Shown: positions 17,375 through 26,936 of the stretch, piece after piece
Layout of the letters: each line of letters opens with the position of its first letter
Numbering within the stretch: the stretch's first letter is position 1
IMG/VR virus record: IMGVR_UViG_3300043449_000987
Span: 1 to 64,000 of that record
Direction: 5' to 3' (one strand)
Source of the DNA: a virus
DNA: 64,000 nucleotides
Position numbers and translations under genes: made by a program
The notes under the pieces: generated by a model
Told to the model about the DNA's origin: nothing
Databases searched by the model: none
What the model saw: only the letters and a program-made list of their open reading frames with translations

Positions 17375-17800
17375 ATGAACTTCCAATCTGAATCTAAAAA
17401 ATCTGGTGATGACTTTGAGGCTATTGTTTTGGCTGACCTAAAGTCCCGTGGATTTACAGAAATTGAAAAGAATGTTCACATGCTTGGAACTGGGTGTGAG
17501 GTTGATTTTTTAGCAAGGGGACCACGTTGTGAATATGTTGAATGCAAAGGTGGACGTGAAGGGGATAAGAAGCGTCCTGGCGCTAAAAGAACAGACAATG
17601 TAAAAAAGGCTATTGCTAATGGATCTTTAATTAAAAAGATATATGAGACAGCATATTATGTTGTTTATTTTTCAGACACTCCTGAACCAGGCTCATACTC
17701 AGACGAAATGATACATTTAGCATTAAAGTATAAAATTATTGATGAGGTTAGATACCTTAAACAAACAGACATATATGCCACACAGTTGACTTTTGAATAG
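17375..17800 (+). CDS. PD-(D/E)xK endonuclease
   Basis: GDDFE..EVDF..YVECKGG; leaderless TGGTATGAT promoter. Confidence 0.7.
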   Translation: MNFQSESKKSGDDFEAIVLADLKSRGFTEIEKNVHMLGTGCEVDFLARGPRCEYVECKGGREGDKKRPGAKRTDNVKKAIANGSLIKKIYETAYYVVYFSDTPEPGSYSDEMIHLALKYKIIDEVRYLKQTDIYATQLTFE

Positions 17801-17820
17801 TCAAGTAGTACAATAGATAT

Positions 17821-18027
17821 ATGAACATGGAAATACCTGATCCCTTTACTCAGTTTCGCATGGACAAATATGCCAAACAAAAAGGTTCATTACGATATGA
17901 CTTCTTTAGCGGTGAATGGGATATGGAATGTGCTTGTTGTGGTGAGCCTTTAAATGCCCCAACTAAAAAGATTATGACAAAGATTCGTTTATATCATACA
18001 AGAAATGAGTGCCTAGGTGGATATTAA
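17821..18027 (+). CDS. Hypothetical zinc-binding protein
   Basis: CACC..H...C. Confidence 0.5.
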   Translation: MNMEIPDPFTQFRMDKYAKQKGSLRYDFFSGEWDMECACCGEPLNAPTKKIMTKIRLYHTRNECLGGY

Positions 18028-18649
18028 TTGCTGCACTGTTTCAAAAGATGATGATGCATTCTGGCATACACATCAGACTATGTCAGATGGCACTATTTGG
18101 TGTGTTACAAAGTCTATTGTAGATAGGGCTAAAGCACAAGTTAAAAGTCGTTATGGAAACAAAAGGAGACATAGGCAGTGAAAGAGCCAAAGATTGCTAA
18201 AATGGATTGGCGTAGCCTAGGCTATTGGCCTGTATACAAAGATGGAAAACTATCATGGGTTCCACAAAAAGAAAAGGATAAGTAATATGTTACATGCACT
18301 ATGGATGATTCCAGCATTTTTAACTGGATGGGTTGTTTGCTATATTCAAATGACTTACGGAGTTGATCAAAATGGTAGGTGGGTTGCAGATGAGGACGAC
18401 AGTGAATAAAGAATATACTATTAAAGGTAAATGGGTTCATGTTGGCTATAACTGGAAAGGCTTTGGATTGGGCTTTCGTATTGATCGCTATCAATTCAAT
18501 ATAGACTTTCTTTGGTTTTGGTTTAGTATTGAATACTAATGGCAAAAATAGTTATCTGCCCTGAATGCAAAAAAGAAATTGAAGTCAGATCTGATTTTGC
18601 ACATATGACTTTAAACAGACATTTAAAAGAACATAAAAAATAATAACAA

Positions 18650-18723
18650 ACACCAGTAGCCAAGTTGGTTAAGGCCCCGAACTCATAATTCGGTTATCGT
18701 AGGTTCAAGTCCTACCTGGTGTA
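18650..18723 (+). tRNA. tRNA-CAT (elongator Met or Ile2)
   Basis: CCGAA-CTCATAA-TTCGG; lacks the initiator GGG/CCC pairs. Confidence 0.9.
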
Positions 18724-18736
18724 CAATTAAATAATT

Positions 18737-18807
18737 GCGGATGTTGCATATTGGTAGTGCCTCTGCCTTCCAAGCAGAAGGGGTGAGTTCGATTCTCATC
18801 ATCCGCT
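18737..18807 (+). tRNA. tRNA-Gly(TCC)
   Basis: TCTGC-CTTCCAA-GCAGA; GCGGATG/CATCCGC acceptor stem. Confidence 0.95.
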
Positions 18808-18811
18808 CAAT

Positions 18812-18883
18812 GGCTCCATCGTCTATCGGTTAGGACTCCAGATTTTCAATCTGGCAAGACGGGTTCGACTCCCGTTGGGGCTA
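18812..18883 (+). tRNA. tRNA-Glu(TTC)
   Basis: CCAGA-TTTTCAA-TCTGG. Confidence 0.95.
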
Positions 18884-18884
18884 C

Positions 18885-18955
18885 TCTCTCATGGTGTAAT
18901 GGCAGCACAGAGGCCTTTGAAGCCTTTAGTTTTAGTTCGAGTCTAGATGAGAGAA
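18885..18955 (+). tRNA. tRNA-Gln(TTG)
   Basis: GAGGC-CTTTGAA-GCCTT; TCTCTCA/TGAGAGA acceptor stem. Confidence 0.9.
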
Positions 18956-18958
18956 CAT

Positions 18959-19031
18959 ACCTCTGTAGTTCAGTGGACAGAACGATGGACTTCTAAGCCA
19001 TGCGTCGCAGGTTCGATTCCTGCCAGGGGTA
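18959..19031 (+). tRNA. tRNA-Arg(TCT)
   Basis: ATGGA-CTTCTAA-GCCAT; GGTTCGATTCC T-arm. Confidence 0.95.
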
Positions 19032-19058
19032 CAAAAATGTTTTGGTATAATGATTAGT

Positions 19059-19814
19059 ATGACAGCACAATATCAAGATACCAGAAAAGGTACACCAAAA
19101 TTAAATGCATTATTTAAAAGCATCAATGTTCCAGTACCATATTTTTTTGAAAATGAACAGGATATTAAAACAGAAGATAATTTTACAAAGGTGTTTGGAA
19201 CTGGATTTAACAATATAAAGTATTGCGAAGACTTTCTGACCCAAGAAGAAGTTGATGAGTACATGTCATTTGTAAAAAAGTATCCAGAAATTGAGGGCAG
19301 AGAGCACTGCTATCCATTGCACCTTGCAGATCATTCTATAAATAATGATCCAGGCTACCTTGGGTTTTGTAAGCGTATGGGTACCAAGATGATTGAAAAA
19401 GCAAAACAAGAATGGCAAACGCCTATGTCAAACCTAGATAATCAGCATTGCATGGCAGTAGTGCATCCAACTGGAACATATCTTAATCCACATACAGATA
19501 TTTTAGATATTCATTACGAAAACAATGATCCAGACCATGATGATGGAATGTCATACGAAGATCAAAGAAAAACTTTTCCAAATCTTTGGAGCGGTCATCT
19601 TGCAATCCTTGCATATCCTAACGATGATTTTGAAGGCGGATACTTTTATTTCCCAGACTTTGACTATTACTTTAAACCAAAAGCAAGATCAATTCTGATG
19701 TTTCCTGGTGGATTACACTACATCCATGGGGTAACACCAATTACTAAAGGCACAAGATATACACTATCTCAATGGTGCTTATTTGATATATATAAAAATC
19801 CAGATGCTGTATAA
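19059..19814 (+). CDS. P4H-like 2OG-Fe(II) oxygenase (family B)
   Basis: PHTD, YPNDDFEGG, HGVTPITKGTRY. Confidence 0.85.
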   Translation: MTAQYQDTRKGTPKLNALFKSINVPVPYFFENEQDIKTEDNFTKVFGTGFNNIKYCEDFLTQEEVDEYMSFVKKYPEIEGREHCYPLHLADHSINNDPGYLGFCKRMGTKMIEKAKQEWQTPMSNLDNQHCMAVVHPTGTYLNPHTDILDIHYENNDPDHDDGMSYEDQRKTFPNLWSGHLAILAYPNDDFEGGYFYFPDFDYYFKPKARSILMFPGGLHYIHGVTPITKGTRYTLSQWCLFDIYKNPDAV

Positions 19815-19838
19815 TAGAAGTTAACGAAAGGCTATAAA

Positions 19839-20057
19839 ATGAAAATTGGCAATTTGGTTATGATTATTGACCACGCAGAACTAGAAGGAAAAGCAGCAGA
19901 AATTGTTGCTGTTAATGAATCAAACTATACAGTTAAACTACTTAAAACTGGAGAAACTGTTGAACTATTAGAGTCAAACATGAAACGAAAAAAGTTATGT
20001 GTTTGTGGAGAATCTCAGAGTCATCCATTTTGTGATGGATCACATGCTAAAGGATAG
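19839..20057 (+). CDS. KOW + CDGSH [2Fe-2S] protein
   Basis: LCVCGESQSHPFCDGSH. Confidence 0.85.
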   Translation: MKIGNLVMIIDHAELEGKAAEIVAVNESNYTVKLLKTGETVELLESNMKRKKLCVCGESQSHPFCDGSHAKG

Positions 20058-20221
20058 TCAATGACTTTGGAAAAAGGCATTAAAGATATCTTATTTAAAA
20101 TTGGACAAGATGTCAAATTGCATAAAATTGATGCTGAAAATATTATTTTAGAAATAGATTATGATCAATATACTGCAGAAATTATGTCACTATTTAAAGA
20201 CTATTTAGAAAATAGGTCCTA

Positions 20222-20917
20222 ATGCCAAAAAAACCAGTTCCAGGATTACAAAACGATCAAGTTAAACCCTTTGCAGATGATGAAATAGAAGACTCTCCAA
20301 AAATATCACAACAACAACTTAATGGTGCACGATTGTATTCATCTAGAGAAGAGTATGCTAAAAGCCTCAAACAAGGCATTAGATACCTTGAGGTAGGTGT
20401 TGCATGGGGATACTCAGCAGAACTCTTTGCAGGGGCCTCTAAAGCCTCTTCTGTGACCCTTTTGGACTGGTATAACCAAGACCTTAAGTGTTGGTCATGG
20501 AGGAAATTTGGTTCTTGCCAATGTCAAGGTTTTAAGCATGAACTTTTGTATACCCCAGAAACACACGAACAATATATTAAAGATAAGTTTAGCAATTATA
20601 ATTTAACAACAGTTAAAGGTGAGGCATCTGCAATGCTTCCAACAATTAATGGTGAGTATGATTTTATTTATATTGATATTAGCAATGATAGATACATCAC
20701 TCGCAAAGTTTTAAATCTAGCACAAAGATTAATACCAGTTGGTGGGATTATTGGATTAAATGATTATTTAATATATGATGGCATTATAGAAGATCAGCCA
20801 TATGGCACATTTCAAACAGTAAATCAATTCCTTGATGAAAATAAAAATTGGGTAGTAGATGGCTTGGCATTACACAATCTAGGCTTTTATGATATCTATA
20901 TAAGGAGAGAAAACTAA
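20222..20917 (+). CDS. Class I SAM methyltransferase (Methyltransf_24-like)
   Basis: LEVGVAWGYS, YDFIYID, GLNDY; paralog of 16703. Confidence 0.8.
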   Translation: MPKKPVPGLQNDQVKPFADDEIEDSPKISQQQLNGARLYSSREEYAKSLKQGIRYLEVGVAWGYSAELFAGASKASSVTLLDWYNQDLKCWSWRKFGSCQCQGFKHELLYTPETHEQYIKDKFSNYNLTTVKGEASAMLPTINGEYDFIYIDISNDRYITRKVLNLAQRLIPVGGIIGLNDYLIYDGIIEDQPYGTFQTVNQFLDENKNWVVDGLALHNLGFYDIYIRREN

Positions 20918-21924
20918 TGGCTTTTAATTTAAGAGGTGGAAAGATTGAGGCTCAGTCACAGGGATGGACAATTGATAGCAATGTTATTAAAGGTTTAGAA
21001 ATAGACAAGTTTGATCTAACATGGGCATATTCACCACCAGATGCAACACCAATCTCAGATAGAATGGATAAAGCAGATAGTCGTACACCAGTTGAAAATG
21101 GCTCACATATGAGAATTGATGAATTTTCTAAATATAACCATAGACTAATAGATGATTACCACATAGTAGACGTAGTTCCAGTTGACATAATTAGAGCAGA
21201 GTGCAAAGACTGGAAGGTAGAATATAAATATAATAGAGATTGGTTTAGATCTGATCATTTTAAAAAAGAGCACGATGGATTGCATATTGTTTTTTCTGGT
21301 TGCTCAAATACTGAGGGCATTGGTGCTGATATAGAAAATACTTGGTCTCATATGCTTTATACAGAAATATCCAAATCAGTAAAAACTTCTGGTTACTTTA
21401 ATCTTGCTAGGGCAGGTTCTGGATGGCACAGAATTATACAAAACTTTCATGCTTATGTCAATAACTATTCTGCACCAGACTACTTATTTATATTAATGCC
21501 AAACATATTGCGTAACTTTAAATGGTATTCTGGTGGTTGGCAGTATCAACAGTTTAATCCGTGGGCAGAGCCTGAAAAAAGACAAGAATATATTGATATG
21601 CATAGAAAAGAATTTCCAGTCTGGGCTTTGATGTGGAATGCTTTTCTTGATTATTGTACTGCTGTTGGCACAAAGGTTGTTTGGACAACATGGGATGAAT
21701 GGGAATTATCAAACATAGAAGCGATTGATCAATTTAAAGATACCTTCTTTACAATTGACCCACTTACTGAATCTGAAATTGCACAAAAATATTTACACCT
21801 ATTGGATAGAAAAGATGCTGCAAGAGTAAGAGATGGACATGATGGGTATATACAGCAAACACAATGGTTTGAAGGTTTTAAAGAACAAGTAAAAATAAGG
21901 GGTGTGCTAAATGAAACTAATTAA
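20917..21924 (+). CDS. SGNH/GDSL-like hydrolase-fold protein
   Basis: FSGCSNTEGIG, FNLARAGSG, C-terminal RDGHDG. Confidence 0.55.
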   Translation: MAFNLRGGKIEAQSQGWTIDSNVIKGLEIDKFDLTWAYSPPDATPISDRMDKADSRTPVENGSHMRIDEFSKYNHRLIDDYHIVDVVPVDIIRAECKDWKVEYKYNRDWFRSDHFKKEHDGLHIVFSGCSNTEGIGADIENTWSHMLYTEISKSVKTSGYFNLARAGSGWHRIIQNFHAYVNNYSAPDYLFILMPNILRNFKWYSGGWQYQQFNPWAEPEKRQEYIDMHRKEFPVWALMWNAFLDYCTAVGTKVVWTTWDEWELSNIEAIDQFKDTFFTIDPLTESEIAQKYLHLLDRKDAARVRDGHDGYIQQTQWFEGFKEQVKIRGVLNETN

Positions 21925-21996
21925 ACAACTAATTAAAAAGTATAAAATAAGAAGAATAGTTAAAAAGATAAATAAGCCCAGAAAGTATATCTATTA

Positions 21997-22773
21997 ATGC
22001 AGCCTGGAAAATTGTTTTTAGTGGGATTGCCTGTTGGCAACTGGGAAGATATGTCTGTTAGAGCATATAAATATATAAAAAATGCTAAGAATATTGTTAT
22101 TGAAAGAGAAGAAGCCTTTGAGAATATTTGGCCAGCACTTGGTATGGAAAAACCAAATGTAAACATTGTATCAATTGAGATGGATTCTAATGGCGGTGAA
22201 CCTGGAGTAGCATACGAATTAAAAAATATGCCTGTAATCATAGAGTTATTAAAGTCAGGGGAAGATGTGTACTTAATTTCAGATGATGGGATGCCTGGCG
22301 TTGCCGATCCTGGCGCACTGATTGTTAGCGAAGCAATTAAAGAAGGTATTGAGATTACCTCTACCCCTGGACCATCTGTTGCCATTGCTGCTGTTGCAGT
22401 AACTGGAACTATGCATAATTTTTCATTTGAATCCTTCCTGCCTTTTACTAAAACAGACAGAATAAAATTTTTAACTGAAAGAAAACATATGCTTTCTCCA
22501 ATGGTACTAGTATTACGAAATGTAAAAAGAAATGAAATTGATGGTTTGCCACCAGTTTTTCATGAAGAGATTCCAGATTTTTTATCTGAAGCAGTTGAAA
22601 TTTTTGGAGAACATAGACACGCTGCCCTTTGTTATAATCTTACAATGCCAACTGAAAAAATTGTTCGTGGTACATTAAGATATCTTAAAGAGTATTTTGA
22701 TATAACAGAAAGAAGTACACAAGATTTAATATCTATTATTATAGATAAGCCTCACGGCAATATGGCTATTTAG
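21997..22773 (+). CDS. RsmI-like tetrapyrrole-methylase-fold methyltransferase
   Basis: LFLVGLPVGNWEDMSVRA, ISDDGMPGVADPG, PGPS, FESFLP. Confidence 0.75.
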   Translation: MQPGKLFLVGLPVGNWEDMSVRAYKYIKNAKNIVIEREEAFENIWPALGMEKPNVNIVSIEMDSNGGEPGVAYELKNMPVIIELLKSGEDVYLISDDGMPGVADPGALIVSEAIKEGIEITSTPGPSVAIAAVAVTGTMHNFSFESFLPFTKTDRIKFLTERKHMLSPMVLVLRNVKRNEIDGLPPVFHEEIPDFLSEAVEIFGEHRHAALCYNLTMPTEKIVRGTLRYLKEYFDITERSTQDLISIIIDKPHGNMAI

Positions 22774-22900
22774 CCTTTTGTACTTTTGGTCTTGGGTATG
22801 GTTCTATTTTTGCTTTAATAGTTCCATCTTTGCGAAGTTTAACAACCCAACCATCTTTAATTTGAGTGTCGTTGAATGCCCATCGCTTCTTCTTTGGCAT

Positions 22901-23563
22901 TTATTCACCTAGTCTAACTATATTTCTTGTTGGCTTTGTATTTCTAAAATTAAAAAATGATTCACTAGTATCCTGTGATTTTTCTACTGGAACACAGTTA
23001 GGAACTGGTTTGCCGTCTTTACCTGGTTTCATTCCACGTTGTACATATCCATCCCAACATGGACTTGCTTTGCCAATTGATGAATCATACATTGCCATTT
23101 GAACCTCTGAATCAGATGAACTAAATTGCTCTTCAACAACATCTCTTTCAACCATAAGTGATTCAATTTTAATTAACATAGATTGTTTATGTCCAGAAAG
23201 AATCATTTCTTCTTCCCAAATGCCGTCTTCTTCTTCAAAATGTCTAACAAGAATTGCTGGATCATCTACTGATGCTTCAATTGCGTATTCAGATCCAGAC
23301 ATACCAAATGTTCCTTCTGTCATTACATATTCAACACGTCCAACCAGTGGTTCATCTTCGTATCCTTCTGGACACATCACAAAATCGCCTTCTAGTAATT
23401 TAGTCATTGATTTACCTATTTTACCTTCACTAATGTTAATTGCATATATTTGTGCTGCTGCTTCCGCTCTTGTTTTGTGGCAACCCATTACTTCTCCACC
23501 CTCTTTTACAGCAGGGTATCCTGAGCAACCGTAACTTCCTTTAGCACCGACTTTATATGGCAT
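22901..23563 (-). CDS. Phage hypothetical protein
   Basis: GCH.TRAEA.AQ..AI and PCWDGY..GMK..VPNCVP modules; leaderless. Confidence 0.7.
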   Translation of the reverse strand: MPYKVGAKGSYGCSGYPAVKEGGEVMGCHKTRAEAAAQIYAINISEGKIGKSMTKLLEGDFVMCPEGYEDEPLVGRVEYVMTEGTFGMSGSEYAIEASVDDPAILVRHFEEEDGIWEEEMILSGHKQSMLIKIESLMVERDVVEEQFSSSDSEVQMAMYDSSIGKASPCWDGYVQRGMKPGKDGKPVPNCVPVEKSQDTSESFFNFRNTKPTRNIVRLGE

Positions 23564-23570
23564 GCAATAA

Positions 23571-24173
23571 TTATACCACTATACTCAGAGCCTTTTGTCG
23601 CTTAGATACTGCGACAAGCAGGTCCTGATACATTTCTTCAATCACAGATAATATTTCTGGATCCTGAGCCTCATATTCTTCTTTAACCTTATCATAATTG
23701 GGGCTTAGTTTTGATGACTGCCTAATGCTTACTGGGGCACTTAGACCATCCTTCATTAGGTTATATTTAAAATCACGCATTTCTTTTTCGTCAGCATGTC
23801 CATAACTAAAAATCCTAGCAATCTCAAGCAAACAGGATATTGGATCTGATGATACCTGATCAAAAGTGAAAGGATACAAGTTTTTAATATTTACCAAAAC
23901 ATATTCATGCCATTCTAACCAGTTATCTATAGCATATGCCATAGTATCACCAGATTCTCCCTCAACTTCTTTTTTTAAAATTGCAAAAGATGGAATTGTG
24001 TCTTTAGGATCTCGAATGATAACAATTTGATTTGGCGTTGGCTTTTGAATCATTACAAAATCATGCATGGTGTCTGAGTTATATACCTGATTATCAACAT
24101 GCAAAAATCTGTTCAGGAAATTTAAAAGGTATCTGTTGCCAGTTCTTGGAAATGAGTTAATAAATAAAGACAT
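23571..24173 (-). CDS. Sulfotransferase-domain protein
   Basis: 5'-PSB-like SFPRTG and 3'-PB-like IIRDPKD..S. Confidence 0.65.
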   Translation of the reverse strand: MSLFINSFPRTGNRYLLNFLNRFLHVDNQVYNSDTMHDFVMIQKPTPNQIVIIRDPKDTIPSFAILKKEVEGESGDTMAYAIDNWLEWHEYVLVNIKNLYPFTFDQVSSDPISCLLEIARIFSYGHADEKEMRDFKYNLMKDGLSAPVSIRQSSKLSPNYDKVKEEYEAQDPEILSVIEEMYQDLLVAVSKRQKALSIVV

Positions 24174-24191
24174 GTTATTGATTATACCAGA

Positions 24192-24467
24192 CTATATCTC
24201 TTTTGCTATTAAACGATTGTGAGTCCTTACTCTGTGACAATTTGCACAAACAACCTCACATTTTTCAATTTCTTTTTTAATTGCTTTCCATGAAAATCCA
24301 TCATGAATCATTCTTGATACATTATATTTTTTGTCCCTTATGTGATCAAAATCTAACATTATATGGTTTGTAATCCCACAATCAACGCAGCCAGATGCTT
24401 CTTTTATTTCAGCAAGTTTTTGTTTAAACTGCTGCTTATTATAATGGGCCAACTCTTTGTCAGTCAT
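24192..24467 (-). CDS. HNH endonuclease
   Basis: CVDCG..DFDH..CEVVCANCH; leaderless start MTDKEL. Confidence 0.8.
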   Translation of the reverse strand: MTDKELAHYNKQQFKQKLAEIKEASGCVDCGITNHIMLDFDHIRDKKYNVSRMIHDGFSWKAIKKEIEKCEVVCANCHRVRTHNRLIAKEI

Positions 24468-24483
24468 TAATATTATTATACCG

Positions 24484-24613
24484 CTAAATATTAAGAGCCT
24501 CACGTAGGCGATTCAAGCACTATGGCCCAGGTCGTATATAGAATAGGTAACTAATCCATCCCAAGGTCCTACGTGAGGCATGCCAGGTATTTAGTGTCGC
24601 TGTCTCCCCCGAC
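24484..24613 (-). ncRNA. Candidate ~130 nt structured small RNA
   Basis: 12 bp GCCTCACGTAGG/CCTACGTGAGGC stem, 7 bp CTAAATA/TATTTAG stem, 5' GTCG/CGAC hairpin; TACAAT at 24620-24625. Confidence 0.6.
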
Positions 24614-24625
24614 AATTATATTGTA

Positions 24626-25039
24626 CTACCGAATTTCGATAGTTTTTGGCTTCTTATCTTCAGGAACAATGCGATCAATGCTGATATGTAGCATTCCATC
24701 CTTAAGATCTGCACCAGTTACTTCCATGTATTCACCAAGAGCAAAAGATCTTACAAACTTTCTGCTTGCAATTCCCTTGTGAACAACTTCAGCGTCTGTT
24801 ACTTCTACAATTTCACCCTTAATTACAAGTGTTCCATTGTCTACTGAGATATCAATATTATCTTTTGTAAACCCTGCAACTGCAAGTGAAAGTCTATATG
24901 TATCTTCATCTAATTTAAGAAGATCATATGGTGGGTATGATTGTGAGTTGATTTTATGTGCATTATTTAAACGGCCTAACTCTCTGTTAAAGCCAATAAA
25001 AAATGGATCATTAAATAGATCCAATAGTTGTGTTGTCAT
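24626..25039 (-). CDS. Small heat shock protein Hsp20
   Basis: YPPYD, LAVAGF, HKGIASRKF.RSF.L, DGML.I, PEDKKPKTIEI. Confidence 0.95.
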   Translation of the reverse strand: MTTQLLDLFNDPFFIGFNRELGRLNNAHKINSQSYPPYDLLKLDEDTYRLSLAVAGFTKDNIDISVDNGTLVIKGEIVEVTDAEVVHKGIASRKFVRSFALGEYMEVTGADLKDGMLHISIDRIVPEDKKPKTIEIR

Positions 25040-25141
25040 TTTATTCCCCTTTCAAGCGAATAAGTTAATTTACCCCCCTATTGGGCAGGCAATTTAATTA
25101 TACCATATTCTGGTATAATGATATAGAAAGATGGAGGCATA

Positions 25142-25846
25142 ATGGATCAGCAAAGACTGAACAACGCAGCACAAGGCTTTACAGAAAATGATAAGGGTGA
25201 GAGGTTTTATTTTGAATCACCAGTTCCTGGACTACATATTTATAATGATGTTTGGCCTGAATCAATGGACTTTTTCAATAGCCTATTAAAAAAAGAATTT
25301 TGGGAAGAAAACAAGGATAAGCCTGGATATAAGAAGTGGGTACGTGAAGACTTCTTTGATGACTTAGAATTTACAAAAGAAAATGGCAAGCAAGCAGATA
25401 CATGTTGGGTTTATTCATATCCAGATGCAAACAAAGCGTTTGCTGGACCTATTGATTCATACCTGTATCACTGGAACCTTGATCCAAAATCAAGAGAAAG
25501 TTTAAGAATTACAAGATACTCTAGTGGTGAGTTTTTTGGTTCGCACTCTGATGATACTTTTGCAACACCAAGAACAGTGTCTCTAGTTTATTATCCTAAT
25601 GATGATTATGTTGGTGGAGAATTAGAGTTTGTTCACTTTGGTGTTACGGTTAAGCCAAAAGCAAAACAACTTTTTGTTTTCCCATCTGCATACTCATATG
25701 AGCACAAGATTCATGAAATAGGTGAAGGAAATCCAAGATGGACAGTCGTATCCTTCTTATTTTTTGGAACTGATCAAGAAACTAAGATACGAAGAGACGG
25801 TTTAGAATTTCCATATAAACCAAAATTTGAATCATTATTTAAATAA
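25142..25846 (+). CDS. P4H-like 2OG-Fe(II) oxygenase (family B)
   Basis: HSD, YPNDDYVGGELEF, FPS..YEH. Confidence 0.85.
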   Translation: MDQQRLNNAAQGFTENDKGERFYFESPVPGLHIYNDVWPESMDFFNSLLKKEFWEENKDKPGYKKWVREDFFDDLEFTKENGKQADTCWVYSYPDANKAFAGPIDSYLYHWNLDPKSRESLRITRYSSGEFFGSHSDDTFATPRTVSLVYYPNDDYVGGELEFVHFGVTVKPKAKQLFVFPSAYSYEHKIHEIGEGNPRWTVVSFLFFGTDQETKIRRDGLEFPYKPKFESLFK

Positions 25847-25855
25847 TATAAAATA

Positions 25856-25892
25856 AAAAAGGGGAGTCAAATTAATGGCTCCCCTTTTCTTT
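25856..25892. terminator. Bidirectional intrinsic terminator
   Basis: AAAAAGGGGAGTC..GGCTCCCCTTTT between convergent genes. Confidence 0.75.
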
Positions 25893-25900
25893 ATACAGTT

Positions 25901-26167
25901 TTACTTCTTCTTTGCTGCAACCTTCTTAGCAGGAGCCTTCTTTGCAGGCGCCTTCTTGATTGCTTCTTCAACAACAGAAACTTCTGGCATCTTGCCAAAA
26001 GCAGTGTCGTTTGGATTAACAGCACGAAGTGCTACTGGAATTACAGCAGCAAGCAGTGAGTATGCAAGATCCTTTGGATCTGTTACTCCTGTCATATAAA
26101 GTGTTGCTGCACCTGCAAGGACTGATCGTCCATAAGATGCAAGCATTGCCTTAGTCTTATTATTCAT
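25901..26167 (-). CDS. Holin-like membrane protein with AKKAPAKK tail
   Basis: Two hydrophobic segments, NPND..FG, Lys/Ala-rich tail. Confidence 0.55.
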   Translation of the reverse strand: MNNKTKAMLASYGRSVLAGAATLYMTGVTDPKDLAYSLLAAVIPVALRAVNPNDTAFGKMPEVSVVEEAIKKAPAKKAPAKKVAAKKK

Positions 26168-26177
26168 ATTATTCCTC

Positions 26178-26336
26178 CTAGGATATAATCCGTATTAGTA
26201 TATCATAGCCTAGCCACAGACCAATAATACCTGCAACTCCTGCAAATACTGGTGGTGCTGGAACTGGCAATTTGAATGCAGCAAATACGATGCCACATCC
26301 AAAACCTGTTAGTGTTGACAATATCATGTCTTTCAT
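26178..26336 (-). CDS. XapX/DUF1427-like membrane protein
   Basis: Hand translation ..GIVFAAFKLPVPAPPVFAGVAGIIGLWLG. Confidence 0.75.
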   Translation of the reverse strand: MKDMILSTLTGFGCGIVFAAFKLPVPAPPVFAGVAGIIGLWLGYDILIRIIS

Positions 26337-26486
26337 AAAAATCTCTCTTTCGTTGCTTCTTCGTAGTGCTTATCACATAAATCTATCACACTTGTTTCTT
26401 TATCTGCCCAGATTTTTGTGCTTTCATCTTGGCAATCTGCTTCCCAACAAACGAAGTAAGCAGAATAATCTCTGTAGTCTTTTGGT

Positions 26487-26936
26487 TTAAACCTCATCTT
26501 TTATATGATCCTCTGGCAAAACCTTTATTAATTCTTCATAAGCAACAACAATTTTAGCAAAAAGATCATGCAGTGGTGTCCACATAACATCACTATAATT
26601 TTTATAATAATCTATGGATGGACCTGCATCATCTTTAAATTTTTTAATCGCTTCTTGAACATCTTCAATATATTTAAATGCCCATTCACGAGACTGACCT
26701 AAAAATTTTACAAATGCTTCTTCATGCGATGTCTCAGATAAACTGACAGTGCTAAGTTTATCAGACAAAGCCTTTTTGTCAATTTCAGATTGAACAATCA
26801 TTAATTTAAGTTTGTTATTTTCTATCTTTAATTTAGTTTTTGATACTAACAAATAAACAAACCCTATTATAAACATTGTAGACAAAATATAATCAAACAT
26901 CTGCCCCTCCTTCACGAACCAACAGAACAATTGCAC
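26487..26936 (-). CDS. Membrane-anchored hypothetical protein
   Basis: N-terminal TM; SREWAFKYIEDVQ; true start uncertain. Confidence 0.6.
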   Translation of the reverse strand: MQLFCWFVKEGQMFDYILSTMFIIGFVYLLVSKTKLKIENNKLKLMIVQSEIDKKALSDKLSTVSLSETSHEEAFVKFLGQSREWAFKYIEDVQEAIKKFKDDAGPSIDYYKNYSDVMWTPLHDLFAKIVVAYEELIKVLPEDHIKDEV

